Part shown: positions 13,087-26,207 of the stretch, piece by piece
Position numbering within the stretch: the stretch's first letter is position 1
How the letters are laid out: every line of letters starts with the position of its first letter
NCBI GenBank assembly: GCA_030390025.1
Contig: CM059431.1
Span: 114,454,001-114,518,000 of the forward strand
DNA length: 64,000 nucleotides
Source: Squalus acanthias
Taxonomy: Eukaryota
Direction of reading: 5' to 3'
The notes under the pieces: generated by a model
Seen by the model: only the letters and a program-made list of their open reading frames with translations
The model's database searches: none
Told to the model about the DNA's origin: nothing
Translations under genes and position numbers: made by a program

Positions 13087-15030
13087 CTACTTGTGCATTA
13101 TCTTCCTCTTACGCATGCTCCTACGTGGTGCTTCCCCTGTGGCTTCAGCAGATGTGGAGGCCCCTTGCTCACTTTCTTGCTGCTCCTGTCTCGACACCTT
13201 TGGCGGCCGTCCTCTGGGGTTGCGAACCTGTGAGGGCTCGGCAACAGTCTGCTGCTCCTGCGGCTGTGCAGGGGATGAGATGCCCATCTCAGTTGGGTGA
13301 GGACTCTGGTGAGGCTCTGACTGAGGGCTTTGCAGTGGCATGGTCGTTTGAGCGCTTGGAGAGGAGCCCCCACTTCCTTGTTGTCTGCCACCAACATCCC
13401 TCTCATGGGTCAGCCCCACTTCAGAGCTAGCAAGTGGCTTGACAGCACCTTGCTGCACTTCAGGGGGGCCATGAGGACCCTATTCTGCACTGGAAGTCCT
13501 ACTCCAGAGGACTTCCATGAAGGTCTGGTTTCTATGCTCAGTAGCTGACCATCGCTCCTCAAGAGATGCCAGTCTATTCTGAACAATGACCATGTTTTCT
13601 ACACTCTGGCGACTTAGCTCCTTCATGGACGTAGCCATCCTCTCCTCTACTGTAGCCATCCTTTCCATGGAGGTTGCCATCCTTTCTGTGGTGATGCGTT
13701 CATGCGCCAACGCCTCCACAAAGGTTCTGCTCATATTCGCGATGGACTCCTACATTCGCTCGACACTCGCAGCGACCCTGGAGACAAAACCTGCCAGAGA
13801 CTCCTGCACCTGTTCCTGGAGTTCCAGCACCGCTCTCATTCTGGATGGACCCGGAGGCACAGGGTCGACATGCAGCTGAGCCGAGCTGGCAGAATCCTGC
13901 ACCCTCCGACGAGGACTCTCCACTGCTGTCCCTGTCTCCACCATCTGCTGATGCTCACTTGTGAGCTGTGATACACCAGATGCCAACATTACTCTATCTC
14001 GCGAGGGTCCCACCGAGGTGTGAGTGTCTGCACTGGTGCTGGGTGCGCTGAATTCTGCTGAGGCTGCGCCCTCAGAGGTTGCAGCTTCCTCTGAGAATTC
14101 TGGAAGCTCAGGCTCTTCCTCCTGGACAGTGGGGACGGGGGCTTTCGATGGTCCTGTGGGGGAGTAAAGGAAAGAGTTAGAGATGTGAGGTCAAGGTTAC
14201 ATGAACATTGAATAGTGCAGATGATCATAAGTCAATCTGTTAAAGCATCAGATTCATTATCAGTGACTCATGCAATGTCACTGAGAGAGATGCCAAACTA
14301 TTCTGTCACCAGCTTGCTGCGATGCGCCCATCTGTCCATTCCCCACTTGGGAATCCTCCTCGATCCCGGCGATTTCCAGGGCCGCCTCCTCCCAGGCAGT
14401 GAGCTGGGCTACTGAGGGTGGCCCTCCTCCTGTCATGGCTCTTTCCCTCTTATTGTGGGCTCTCTTTTCCTGCAATGAGGGACACAAGTGGAGTTTGAGT
14501 GAGAATGAAGGAGTGAGTGTAGATAATCCATAACATAGATGCTTAGAAGGATACAAAGAACCATCCTTGTGTGTTGAAAGTTGTTGTTGTCATGGCATCA
14601 CAGTGATAGGGAGTGTGAGGGCTGCATGGTCGAATAGTTAAATGAATGTGACCTTCGAGAGAGAGGGAATGGGTAAGGGTGCAGGCATGTAAGTGTCAAG
14701 TGGCATGTGGAGGAAGAGGTTGGCAAAGCAGAGTGCTGGTGAGGAGAGGCGATGGGGATCAGATTGAGGGTGATGGGAAAGTCATACTCACTTTTCCTGT
14801 GCGGAGAAGATCATGAAACCTCTTCCTGCATTGCAGCCAGGTTCTGCGGCTCAGCGAGATGGAGCTGACCTCCTGGGCCACTTGTAGCCACACAGCTTTT
14901 GTCTGCTGGGGTGGCTTTTTTCTCCCTGAGGAAGGGAACAGCACCTCCTTATTACATCTGGCTCGTGCACCAGAGCTTGGAGGGAGGGCTCATCAAACCG
15001 AGGTGCACACTTTTGCTTGATCGTGGACAT
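13087..15030 (-). pseudogene. Harbinger Myb/SANT-like accessory gene, 3 exons, copy A
   Basis: Exons 15030-14792 (239 nt, 1-nt deletion; APRFDEPSL…W.QVAQEV…RTWLQCRKRFHDL), 14469-14310 and 14153-13087; GT-AG introns; in-frame stops at 13750 and 13480. Confidence 0.85.
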
Positions 15031-15577
15031 TGTCGGGAAATCAACACCTTCATACAATTTGCAGAGCCTTTCCAGTCTCCAGAGGAAGCAAGGCTGCTTG
15101 CAGGTCTTAAATCCAACAGCATTGATGACGTCATCGGAGGCGACTTTCTGTCTGAAAAGACTCATTGGGCCAGGTGTTCCCACACGCAGGAAATCAATTG
15201 CCCAATTAGGGGAAAATCCCACTTTTTCAGCACTTCACTTAGGAGTCGGGGTCCTGACACGATTTCCACCTGACACGCCCCAGCCTGCCCACACTGACAA
15301 AATCCAGCCCCTTGGTTTTATTGCATCTCTTGGTGAACAAAGATCATCTCAACTTTTACATTCTTTTTCAAGGAGAAGACAGTCCATAACAACAGAGTTT
15401 GATGACAGGTAGTGAACCCCCCGCCTCCCCCGCAAACCTTCACCTTCTAGTCCGCTATGAGTAAGAAGCCCTTCAGAACCTGGGGAGAGAGACCATAAAT
15501 AGAGATGGAGATGAGGAAATAGATGAACAGCTGCTAGCTGAAGCGTTGTGTTGAACTTAAAGCTTCTCTTCCTTCTC

Positions 15578-15925
15578 ATCAGCCATGGCTCAGTGGGTAG
15601 CACTCTCTCATGTCTGAATCAGAAGGATGTGGGTTCATAGTTCCACGCTGCCACTCCAGTGCAGTACTGAGGGTGTGCTGCGCTGCCGAAGCAGAGCCGG
15701 GGAATTTTCCCCGGTGTCCCGGCCAATATTTATCCCTCAACCAACGTCACTAAAACAGATTATCTGGTCATTTATCACATTGCTGTTTGTGGGAGCTTGC
15801 TGTGCGCAAATCGGCTGCTGTGTTTCCTGCATTACAACAGTGACTACACTTCAGAAGTACTTCTGCAATGCACTTTGAGCCATCCTGAGGTCATGAGAAA
15901 CGCTGTATAAATGCAAGTTCTTTCT
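15578..15925 (+). mobile_element. SacSINE1-like DeuSINE, internally deleted
   Basis: Head AGCCATGGCTCAGTGGGTAGCACTC, body GGCCAATATTTATCCCTCAACCA, tail TATAAATGCAAGTTCTTTCTT. Confidence 0.85.
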
Positions 15926-16101
15926 TCCTCCTATTGCTCCCCACATTACCTGCCAGCAAACTGTCTTGAAACTGTCACATCACCCTTCTACTGAAAGGGG
16001 CATATAAACTCTGCTCTCAGCAACAAATTCGAACCTCTGTTACATTTTTGGGTCTTTTTCTGCCCTGATTAACCAAATAATTTTTGGCTTCTCCATTTTA
16101 G

Positions 16102-16169
16102 ATTACTCTCTTAGATGAGTCTTATCTCCCAACAGTCTTGAGGGTATCTTCACTGACCCTGATATCTAG
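16102..16169 (+). CDS. Candidate coding exon of an unidentified host gene (ITLLDESYLPTVLRVSSLTLIS/R)
   Basis: Pyrimidine-rich acceptor TTCTCCATTTTAG, open 68-nt frame, consensus donor AG|GTAAGT; no homology recognised. Confidence 0.3.
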
Positions 16170-16674
16170 GTAAGTTTCTGACAGTGAGCTCAAGATAATA
16201 AACAGAAAGCCTTTCTGTAAATTACTTTAGCTGCTTGATCTATCCTCTGCCTCCACGTGATCTTTCCAATTCCTTTGAAAAGCAGTAGAGCATCGCATCA
16301 GACCTCATTTCAGACTTTTAACTATTGAACAAAAGATGAAAAGCAAATATATAACAGTAATATAATACATAATTATATTTACTGTAGATATTATACCAAC
16401 CAGCTCCTTGAATGAAAAGAATAAATGGTTGCAATCTATATGATAAGCTATTATTTTGTAGTTATCCTTTATATACGCAGTATGCTTTTCTTGGTCTTTT
16501 AACTAACCTGATCTAAGTCTCTAAAGATCCCAAACAATTTAACTCAATTCAGATTGTTGAACAACTCCAGCTCATTTAATACCCTTGAAAACAGTTCCTG
16601 GGCTTTCAATAGCTGTCATCTACATTCAAAAGTAACTGCCAGTCATATATGTAACTGAGCAACTCACACAGCAG

Positions 16675-16862
16675 TGCCTGAAATTTCCGTGGGGAGTTCT
16701 CTGGATTTACTGCCATAACCTTGGCAGAAGCTTATCAGAAGCCCCAGGGAAATGGAGTAATCGGCTAAAAATGACCATTTACACCATTTCTCCAGGGTTT
16801 CCGCCGATCTTCCACCAAAGTTACAGTGGGAGATCGGGAGTACTCCATGGACATTCTCCCCC
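16675..16862. mobile_element. Old palindromic MITE
   Basis: Imperfect end-to-end inverted symmetry (TTCCGTGGGGAGTTCTC…GGGAGTACTCCATGGA; GAAATGGAGTAA…TTACACCATTTC). Confidence 0.6.
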
Positions 16863-17142
16863 GTGTCTTTGCTTGAATAAAGCTTGGCTCCTTCAAGCTT
16901 CGGAGATAACTGACAAATCTTTGCAAGGTTTGTATTGAGTTAGGGGATGGGTAATGATTCTGACTGCAGTTGGTTTTTAAATTCCTTGGAGTAGATTTTG
17001 TAATCTGCTACCCCCCTGATTTTGGGCGGTAGCAGGGCAGACAGAGGAGGAAAATGTGGGCAGCGGGGCTCAGAAGTCTGCCTCAGTGTCGCATTGCAGT
17101 GGCCTCTGGAATCACTGAAGAGAAGAGGGAAGAATTTGATCG

Positions 17143-18950
17143 GTTTGGAATTTTCTGGGAAATGTGGCGGGGAACCATTCTGCCAGCTACCCACTGCCCC
17201 TTCTGGGCGGGCATATTTGATGTTATGTTAATGATGGGAACATGTCAAGTTATCCATTTTCCTCGGAATGCTACAACGATCGATTAGGCCCTGCAAAATT
17301 CAGTAGGTGCCGAGGACATTTTCCTCCCCCCTTCCTTGTGTAGCTGGGAATACCACAGGGAACCCGCTGAAATTATGCAAATGGAACTAGCCGCAGTAGA
17401 CCCACCAGGGTCAGTGCTCCAAGAGACAGGTGGGCAGGGGATCAAATATTTTAGCTCTTCAAGTCTTGAATTAAAGAGACCGCTACCAAGCTAAGACTAG
17501 ACAAAATGCTTCTTTTGTGTCACCCTCTCTTCCTCTTTCCGCCGCTGGATGTGCTCAAAGAAGAAGCAGAGGAAGAGGAAGAATCATGGCCCCTCTGTAT
17601 CAGGCCCTGCCAGCACTTCAGAGCACACACTCTGTACGTCCCAGCACCAGGGTGGGGAGGGTTTAGAGCACGAGGCATAAGGTAGTGCAGTGAGTGAAAC
17701 CGGGGTATGAGCGAGCAGGGGCAGCTGGGGATGGAACAGCTTTGCGGTCTAGAGGATCTGGAGATTTTACCTTTGGCTGAACAGTTTGGGGATCCAGATC
17801 TCATGGGTTCTGCTTTTAAAAGAAGGATGCTTGCAGAGCTATATACAGGCACTGGAGAATGTATTAGACAGTGTGCTACAGATGGTGGGTTGAGTGGAGC
17901 AGTCCACTACCTGCATGTGCAGTATCTTGATGGATGGCTTCACAGCATTGCAATCCACCCAGGAGTATGTGCCAGTCTCAGACAAATCTACATTCGAGGC
18001 CCTACAAAAGAGGTCCAAAGGACAGTATCTGTTTCCGCTATGGTTACTCAAACTGCTGAGAGACCAGATTGGAGAGTGTTGTCTCTTTCACCCTCCAAGC
18101 AATTGGGGTTGGGATACATAAATGTTTGTCATGGGAATTACTAATCTCAGTGGTGCCATTAGATCTAGTTTCTTAAAAATCAGTGGCCATGTGGAGGTAA
18201 TACCCAGTACTAGTGGCATTGAAGGAACAGGCATGAAAAGTGCTGCTTTTGCTCCAGATCGCAGCATGTGTGGACCCTTCAGGAAGCCTTGTCCAAGCCG
18301 GCACGTGTGGCTGAAAGAACACAAGGGATGCAGGCTGCAGCACATACATCTTGGGACTTTGCTGCAATGAGATGAGGGTCACCTCAATCCCATAAGACTC
18401 ATACAAGAACGCAGCAACCAGCCACCTTCCCGACTCCTGCCACTCAGGCATCTTCCACGCTAAATGCTGATACCAAGATGAAGCACGGTGGCAATGAGAA
18501 CTAGGCACACACACACACAGTATGGGCTATTAATAGAATCACTAAATTTGTGTCGACATTATTTTTGGCAAGGTTTGGAAATGGCTTTAATGAGATGTTA
18601 TGAATAGGAGCTGTGTGAGTAAAAGGGGCATCTAGTGTTGTGAGGTGTAGGGTAAAAAGCGATGCCCACATAAAAGAGTGTATAGATGAAGGCATATTTA
18701 GGATGTGAAGGGGGACTACGTACACAGGACATTTCGGGTGGTAACCAGCTTTGGTACTCAAGAGAAGGTCCCCTGTATTAGTGTGGCATGAACGTAACTT
18801 GCAGCCAGGAAAAGTTTCCCCCCTATCCTCCTCAGGCTGCTACCATTGCTCTTTAGCCGCATTCAAATAGGGCCATCTCTCCCTGTGTGCTCTGATGTGG
18901 GAGCACTAGTGGGTGGGTGCCATGTTAAGCTTTAACCATCTGACCCCCTC
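17143..18950. mobile_element. Heavily decayed probable Harbinger derivative (Myb-gene remnants on +)
   Basis: PL..PPLDVLKEE resembles the Myb N-terminus; MEQSTTCMCS resembles MEESIENMS of copy B; a GWLL remnant on - near 18420; boundaries uncertain. Confidence 0.4.
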
Positions 18951-19014
18951 CCCCTCACCTCTGTGTCGTCTCCTCCTCTTCTGTCAGGAAGCAAAAGTAG
19001 GAGGGGATTGCCCA

Positions 19015-19182
19015 ATGGGATTAACTTTGGGTAATGGTGTAGGATGGATGATACTGAATTATACACCACGGCCGGTTTACTTTCCATGGAAGTCAATTGA
19101 AGGGAATATCAGGCGTGGTGTATAATAGGCGGCCAGTTCGATATCACCAATTTTACACTATCACAAAGGTTAAAACGCCCCC
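19015..19182. mobile_element. Palindromic MITE related to 39741-39898
   Basis: Shares CATTTTACACTATC(G/A)CA(C/A)AAG with 39741-39898; hairpin symmetry TTATACACCACG…CGTGGTGTATAA. Confidence 0.65.
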
Positions 19183-19989
19183 CATTTTGCCATATCTAAA
19201 GCGGGGATGGGCTAAAAAGCAGCTCCGCAACAAATGGCAGAAAGGTAGTAGAAAAGTAGTTGGTAGCAGCAAAAGTACAAAAAAATAAAATTTCTGTAAT
19301 CAATGGAGTGATAAGGATTCTGCAAAGCTTTAAAAAATAATGGTTGGCTCTTTAAATTTGCTTTTTCTTTTTCCCCTGCACCAATCAATACTGGATGACC
19401 CTTTTATACGCATGTGATTACCACTGAACTAAGTTAGGCAGAAATGACGGACACTGGGACAGATGGCATGACAACACCTCATTTGAATGGTAGTGGAAAG
19501 ATAGGTGGGTGCAAAAGTGGGTGAGGATCTGCCAATTACTGCCCTACAATTGAGCAGAACACAGTGGGAAATCTAATAATGATGTATGGGGAGTAGCGGC
19601 TAATGCATCCCTGTTCATCCCCTTACCTCTTATTCTCCTTTCCCTCACGTGAGCCTTCTGCATTTGCCTGATCCTTCTCAGTCCCTATTACTATTATTAA
19701 TATTGTTCTTAGTTAACCTGCTGGCAGAGGTGCTGGAATGATTTCTGTCCTCTGGGCATCCTTCTCTCATTCCCCTCCCAACCTGGATAGAACAGGTGAT
19801 GCTCACCTGGGAATGAATGTGACTTTGTTTAAACCATTTACGTTGTGAAACTGAGGGCATTGTTGCTGAAATGTGGTCCTATCTAACCTCCAAATGCTAG
19901 TATAATTGACGCTTTAGTTGACCATGAGAGATTTTGTTTGCATGGTATCAATTTAAGAACATTTGTTTCCTCCACTCTTCCTGTCCTGG

Positions 19990-20245
19990 ACAGTTAGTAT
20001 TGGTTTCTTTTTAACTGTGGGGGTCCATCACAGTCAAACTCGATCACTTGACGTCCACACATGCACACTTTCCAACAGGGGTCAGTAATAAGGAATGTAA
20101 TTTCCAGATGATTCTCTTTCCCCTAGTTTGAGGCCTCACCAGAACACCTAAAATTTGCAAACTTAGCCCATATTAGCAATTGGGATCTTCCTTGTCTGTA
20201 AGACTCACTTAATACCATAGGGTGCATTTACCGAGTAAGCTATTG
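19990..20245 (-). mobile_element. Degenerate copy of the SINE at 2493-2830
   Basis: Reverse complement CCCCTGTTGGAAAGTGTGCATGTGTGGACGTCA matches the 2680-2712 body. Confidence 0.5.
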
Positions 20246-20352
20246 GAACAGTGGAGCAACAAGAATATATTTTAATGAATTTTCAGTATTCAAAAACGTT
20301 AGTGGCAATTTCATAAAAGTATCATTTTACTCTCCATGAACTCTTTAAAGGA

Positions 20353-21297
20353 CATAGAATCATAAGGAGGCCACTCAGCCCATCTTGCCTGTGCCGGCTC
20401 TTTGAAAGAGCTATCCAATTAGTTCCACTCCCCTGCTTTCCCCACAGCCCTGCAAATGTTTCCACTTCAAGTATTTATCCAATTCCCTTTCGAAAGTTAT
20501 TATTGAATCTGCTTCCACCGCCCTTTCAGACAATGCACTCCAGATCATAACATCTCACTGCATAAATATTTTTTCCTCATGTTGCCTCTGGTTCTTTTGC
20601 CAAATACCTTAAATCTGTGTCCATTGGTTACCGACCCTTCTGCCATTGGAAACAGTTTCTCCTTATTTACTCTTTCAAAACCCTTCATCATTTTGAACAC
20701 CTCTGTCAAATCTCCCCTTAACCTTCCTGCTCTAAGGAGAACAACCTCAGTTTCTCCAGTCTCTGCACATAACTGAAGTCTCTCATCCCTGGTACCATTT
20801 CAGCAGATCTCTTCTGCACCCTCTCTAAGGCCTTGACATCGTTCCTAAAGTGTGGTGCCCAGAATTGGGCACAATACTCCAGCTAGGGCCTAACCAGTGT
20901 TTAATAAAGATTTAGCATAACTTCCTTGCTTTTGTACTCTATTTATATAGCCAAGGATCCCATCTACCTTTTTAACAGCCTTTTTAACTTGTCCCGCCAC
21001 CTTCAAAGATTTGTGTGCGTACACCCCCAGGTCTCTCTTTCTCTGCAACTCCTTTAAAATTGTACCATTTAGTTTATATTGCCTCTCTTCATTCTTCCTA
21101 CCAAAAAGAATCACTTCACACTTCTCTGTGTTAAATTTCATCTTCCATGTGTCTGCCCATTTCACCAGTCTATCTATGTCCTCCTGAAGTCTGTTACTAT
21201 CCTCCTCACTGTTTGCTACAGTTACAAGTTTTGTGTCATCTGCAAACTTTGAAATTATACCCTGTATACCCAAGACCAGGTCATTAATATATGTCAA
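20353..21297 (-). mobile_element. CR1 LINE 3' fragment (RT C-terminus)
   Basis: ORF 20890-21309 has YINDL…ISKFADDTKL…LQEDIDRL..WADTW.MKFN..KC; CR1 tail. Confidence 0.92.
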
Positions 21298-21882
21298 ACA
21301 GGGATGCATACTTTCAGGATATTAATGAAAACTTGATGAAGATATTCCTTATTGTTAACAATTTATAAGTATCTAATCTCATCTGGTCAGAATCTATTGC
21401 TCTGATGGTATCATTAAATTATAGTCCTGTAACTATGTGCCAAGGTCTATCATTTTAGTGAAAGTTTGATTGAAAGTATCTTCCATCATTAATGAAATAC
21501 TGGGCTTTTTTATAACTATTCTATTTCATTCTCTATTTTTAGCCATTCTTTCTTCTCCCAAAAAGTTTTCGTTCTGCTCTCAAATCTGCATTTTTATTAT
21601 ACTTATTCTGTTGTGAGTTACAATATTTTGAAGAGGCAGCTTGATTCTAGTGACAAAATAATCCATTTTTATAAATTTACAGCTAGTGATGAGGTTAAAA
21701 ACTATTCCCTTACAAATTCCACAAGCAATGAGACAACAACTGTTTTCAATGTTCCAAATGCTTTACCCAATCAGTATGAATGATTGGGTTGTATGCTCTA
21801 ATCAGTGAGGCCCAGTGATGCATCACAGTGTACCATTGTGTAAGAGTGTGTGACTTATCTCTTACAATTCCTTACATATTGA

Positions 21883-23567
21883 GGGCTTGATTTTAACAGC
21901 CCTGAGGAGGCAGGTTTGGAGGCGTGTCAGCTGGTAAAATCTGAAAAAATGGCTTCAGACACCCAACCCGTCTCCATCCCGTCCCCACGCGATTTTCGTG
22001 AGTGTCTGTTCAGCTGCTCCCAAACGGACCTGACTCCAACCGATGGGACAGGTAGTTAAGAGCCTGTTAACTGCCTTGATAATCCTATTTTGCTAGAGGT
22101 TTCCCATTTTCGTGGCTCTGGCTTCTGTTTCCTGGCGTGTCAGAAACAATCCTGCTGCAAGGAGACGAGTTGGTGGAGGACATGATCTGTAGTCATTATT
22201 GGTGCAGAACTTTAAAAGCGCTCCTGTGACATGGCTGGCATTCAAATGCAACAACTTTGTAGTTGGAGGTTTGGGATAAGATTTTGCAAATCTACTGACC
22301 TTGTGACTGTTCAAGCTGACACACATCTGCTGTTTGAACTGATTGGGAATAATTTCTGGCCAATTTGAGTGTGCGCTGGCAAGCTTCTTGTCTCAACTGA
22401 AATCTATAACAACGGGATGGGAACCATTTACATCCTCTCATCCTGGTTGTCAGATTCGGAGGAAGAGCAGTGCGGCTTAGTGCTGCCGGATGAACAAGTG
22501 GCTCAGCACACAACCTCCTTGGAGGAAGATGAAGAGGAAGATGAAGAGAACGAGGACGAGGAAGAGGATGGGGAGTGACGCCTTGCGGGACCGGATGTGA
22601 CCAATCCAGCAGCAGGCAACCCCATTGCTGGCCATCAGGCAAGGGATCCACTCATCCATGCCAGATTCGCGTAATCTTATGCTTCAACCACAGGTGGCTG
22701 GCACATGGAGATGAATATAAGTCCGACATTCTCAAAACCCCAGGCATCGTCTGTCCAATAAATGGTGGTTTGCACTCAGTGTCACCACCAACATTCTACA
22801 TGGAAATCACCCTGAGCCCTCACTCTTGAACTTCCATTTCCCAGAACACAGAGGCCACACTTTAGGTGATCTCAGCAGATCATTAAACCTTTTTCCACAC
22901 TCAACCCATGTGTGTCTGCACGCAGATCTCGAGCTCACCTCCTCAGCAATTTGCAGCCAAGCTGCCTTAGTTTGCTGAGGAGGCCTCCTCCTTCCATTTC
23001 CAGGGAAGAGGAGCTCCTGACGTCCTCTAACTCCCTCAACAAGAGCATGGAGAGAGCACTCATTGAACCTGGGTGCAGCCTTAGTTATTGGGGCTGCTGT
23101 TCCTGCAGCAGCCAGCACCTTTAAGAGAAAAATGCATTAATATTACTAAGCCAATGATTGCAACAAATCTGGCATCTTTTTCATTTCATAGTCAGACAAT
23201 AAATTGATATATAAAAAAATCATAAAAATCTTTCTGGAATAATATGACCAGCAATTTCATTCATTAAATTTAGTTCAGAACAGACGCTGTCAACTCCCCT
23301 TTCTATATAATATAACACCAATCCATCCCATTGACATTTTTCCCAAAGGGGACACGGCCCCTTTAAATTTTCATCCAACCAACGCGTCATCAGACGCGAG
23401 AAACTGACAGCCTCCAAGCAATTGCCTGGAGGGACTCTCACATCGGCCGTAATGAGGCCAATCAAGGTAAAATACCAAGTCCTGGGAGGCGGCAGCCGGG
23501 AGCGGGTCGGAAAGACTCCGAGCAGCGGACCCACACTTAACCCGCCTGCATTAATAAAATCGCGGCC
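21883..23567. mobile_element. Non-autonomous Harbinger derivative (related subfamily)
   Basis: Ends GGGCTTGATTTT / AAAATCGCGGCC with exact TGA TSD; left subterminus resembles 12091; acidic transposase tail on +; Myb exon on -. Confidence 0.85.
22860..23110 (-). pseudogene. Myb/SANT exon-1 remnant
   Basis: APRFNECSLHALVEGVRGRQELLFPGNGRRRPPQQTKAAWLQIAEEVSSRS…TWVECGKRFNDLLRSPK, homologous to copies A and B. Confidence 0.85.
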
Positions 23568-24472
23568 TGAGTGTCTATTCTCAACCAGGCTGTGTGGGAG
23601 AGGCTGTGTGCTAAGAGGTAGCATATTCCCATAAGGAGATGGGGAAAATATGAGGTTGAGTCAATGGTCTGAAGCATTTTCTTGAACTGGTTATGGAATG
23701 GCATTTAGACCAAGTGGCCCACTCACTTGTGAAAGTGGTGCATAGCATGGAAGGTGAAATGAAATGAAAATGACTGGGAAAAAGCTACTTACAAAATCAA
23801 AATAAAATAATTTTATCCTTAAATTCAAAATAGAGGTTTTGCATAAAGCGAACTATAGGAATAGGAATTCCTTTCATATGTCAGCTTGGCTCAGTCATAA
23901 CACTTTTGCCTGAGTCACTTCCACTCGGGAAAACACCTGGAAAGAATAAGGTGAAAAGTACAAAGATGACTAGACTGTCAGATAAGAATTTCAAAAAGCT
24001 ACGTAAGGTTTAAGCAGCTTTCAGAACGTTAACCAAATTTGGCTTGAGTGCAATTCTTCATTCCCTTTTTATCCAAACTGTTAATTGATTGTTGAGGAAT
24101 CAATGAGGATGTCAGTAATAGTGGTGTCTGACCCAAAATAGTGAATGTAGCTATTTGATTAAGAGCACTAAACTTGTTAGCTTTTTATCTTAAATCTCCA
24201 TTCAGAAACCTCCTTGATATAATTTACTTAGGACCTCTGTTCATACCTCAGGACCTATGGTACCTGTAGTATATCGGTAATGAAAGCTACATTGTCACTT
24301 AAGGGGCATCACTGTGGTTTTGGGGGGAGGGGTGGGGGGTGGGTTTAAGATCATTCCCAAATTTCCTTAAAGCGGCATTGTCATTCCATTAGAGTTTTCT
24401 GGGAAAATTTGTTTTTGAAACAGGTAGGAGCACCTGATTCAAAAATATTCTCTTCAATTATTTGTTAACAAC

Positions 24473-26207
24473 ATGTACAGTGTGGTATGCACATTGTGGT
24501 ATGTACAGTGTGGTATGCACAGTGTGGTATGCACAGTGTGGTAGATACACTGTGGTATGCACAGTGTGTTATGCACAGTGTGGTAGATACAGTGTGGTAT
24601 GCACATTGTGGTATGTACAGTGTGGTAGATACAGTGTGGTATGCACATTGTGGTATGCACAGTGTGGTATGCACAGTGTGGTATGCACATTGTAGTATGC
24701 ACAGTGTGGTATGTACAGTGTGGTATGTACAGTGTGGTAGATACAGTGTGGTATGTACAGTGAGGTATGCACATTGTGGTATGTACAGTATGGTATGTAC
24801 AGTGTGGTAGATACAGTGTGGTATGCACAGTGTGGTAGATACAGTGTGGTATGCACATTGTGGTATGTACAGTGTGGTGTGCACAGTGTGGTAGATACAG
24901 TGTGGTATGCACAGTGTGGTATGCACAGTGTGGTATGTACAGTGTGGTATGTACAGTGGTATGCACAGTGTGGTATGTACAGCGTGGTAGGTACAGTGTG
25001 GTATGTACAGTGTGGTATGCACAGTGTGGTAGATACAGTGTGGTAGATGCAGTGTGGTAGACAGAGTGTGGTGTGTACATGTGGTATGTACATTGTGGCA
25101 GATACAGTGTGGTATGCACATTGTGGTAGATACAGTGTGGTAGATAAAGTGTGATATGCAGATTGTGGTATGTACAATGTGGTAGATACAGTGTGGTGGA
25201 TACAGTGTGGTATGCACATTGTGGTAGATACAGTGTGGTAGATAAAGTGTGGTATGTACAGTGTGGTAGATACAGTGTGGTAGATACAGTGTGGTATGCA
25301 CAGTGTGGTATGCACAGTGTGGTATGTACAGTGTGGTATGTACAGTGTGGTATGCACAGTGTGGTATGCACAGTGAGGTAGATACAGTGTGGTAGATAAA
25401 GTGTGGTATGCACATTGTGGTATGTACAGTGTGGTATGCACAGTGTGGTAGATACAGTGTGGTAGATACAGTGTGGTATGCACAGTGTGGTAGATACAGT
25501 GTGGTAGATACAGTGTGGTATGCACAGTGTGGTATGCACAGTGTGGTATGTACAGTGTGGTATGCACAGTGTGGTATGCACAGTGAGGTAGATACAGTGT
25601 GGTAGATAAAGTGTGGTATGCACATTGTGGTATGTACAGTGTGGTATGCACAGTGAGGTAGATACAGTGTGGTAGATACAGTGTGGTATGCACAGTGTGG
25701 TATGCACAGCGTGGTAGATACAGTGTGATATGTACAGTGTGGTATGCACAGTGTGGTAGATACAGTGTGGTATGCACATTGTGGTATGCACAGTGTGATA
25801 TGTACAGTGTGGTATGTACAGTGTGGTAGATACAGTGTGGTAGATACAGTGTGGTAGATACAGTGTAGTATGCACATTGTGGTATGCACAGTGTGGTATG
25901 CACAGTGTGGTAGATACAGTGTGGTATGCACATTGTGGTATGCACAGTGTGATATGTACAGTGTGGTATGTACAGTGCGGTATGCACAGTGTGGTATGCA
26001 CAGTGTGGTAGATACAGTGTGGTATGTACAGTGTGGTATATACAGTGTGGTAGATACAGTGTGGTATGCACATTGTGGTATGCACAGTGTGGTATGCACA
26101 GTGTGGTAGATACAGTGTGGTATGCACATTGTGGTATGCACAGTGTGGTAGATACAGTGTGGTATGCACAGTGTGGTATGCACATTGTGGTATGTACAGT
26201 GTGGTAT
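24473..26207. repeat. 14-bp minisatellite, about 124 units
   Basis: Units CAGTGTGGTATGCA / CAGTGTGGTATGTA / CAGTGTGGTAGATA / CATTGTGGTATGTA. Confidence 0.97.

Larger units (their letters stand above)
12091..15310. mobile_element. Non-autonomous PIF/Harbinger transposon, copy A (transposase core deleted, Myb gene remnant kept)
   Basis: TIRs GGGCTCGATTTTGCCAG / CTGACAAAATCCAGCCC (15/17); flanks CCT / CTT; colinear with 60890-63493. Confidence 0.9.

Noticed and set aside
24473..26207. CRISPR-like array or V(D)J signal cluster
   Set aside because: No unique spacers or cas genes; heptamers lack nonamers and there are no V/D/J segments.
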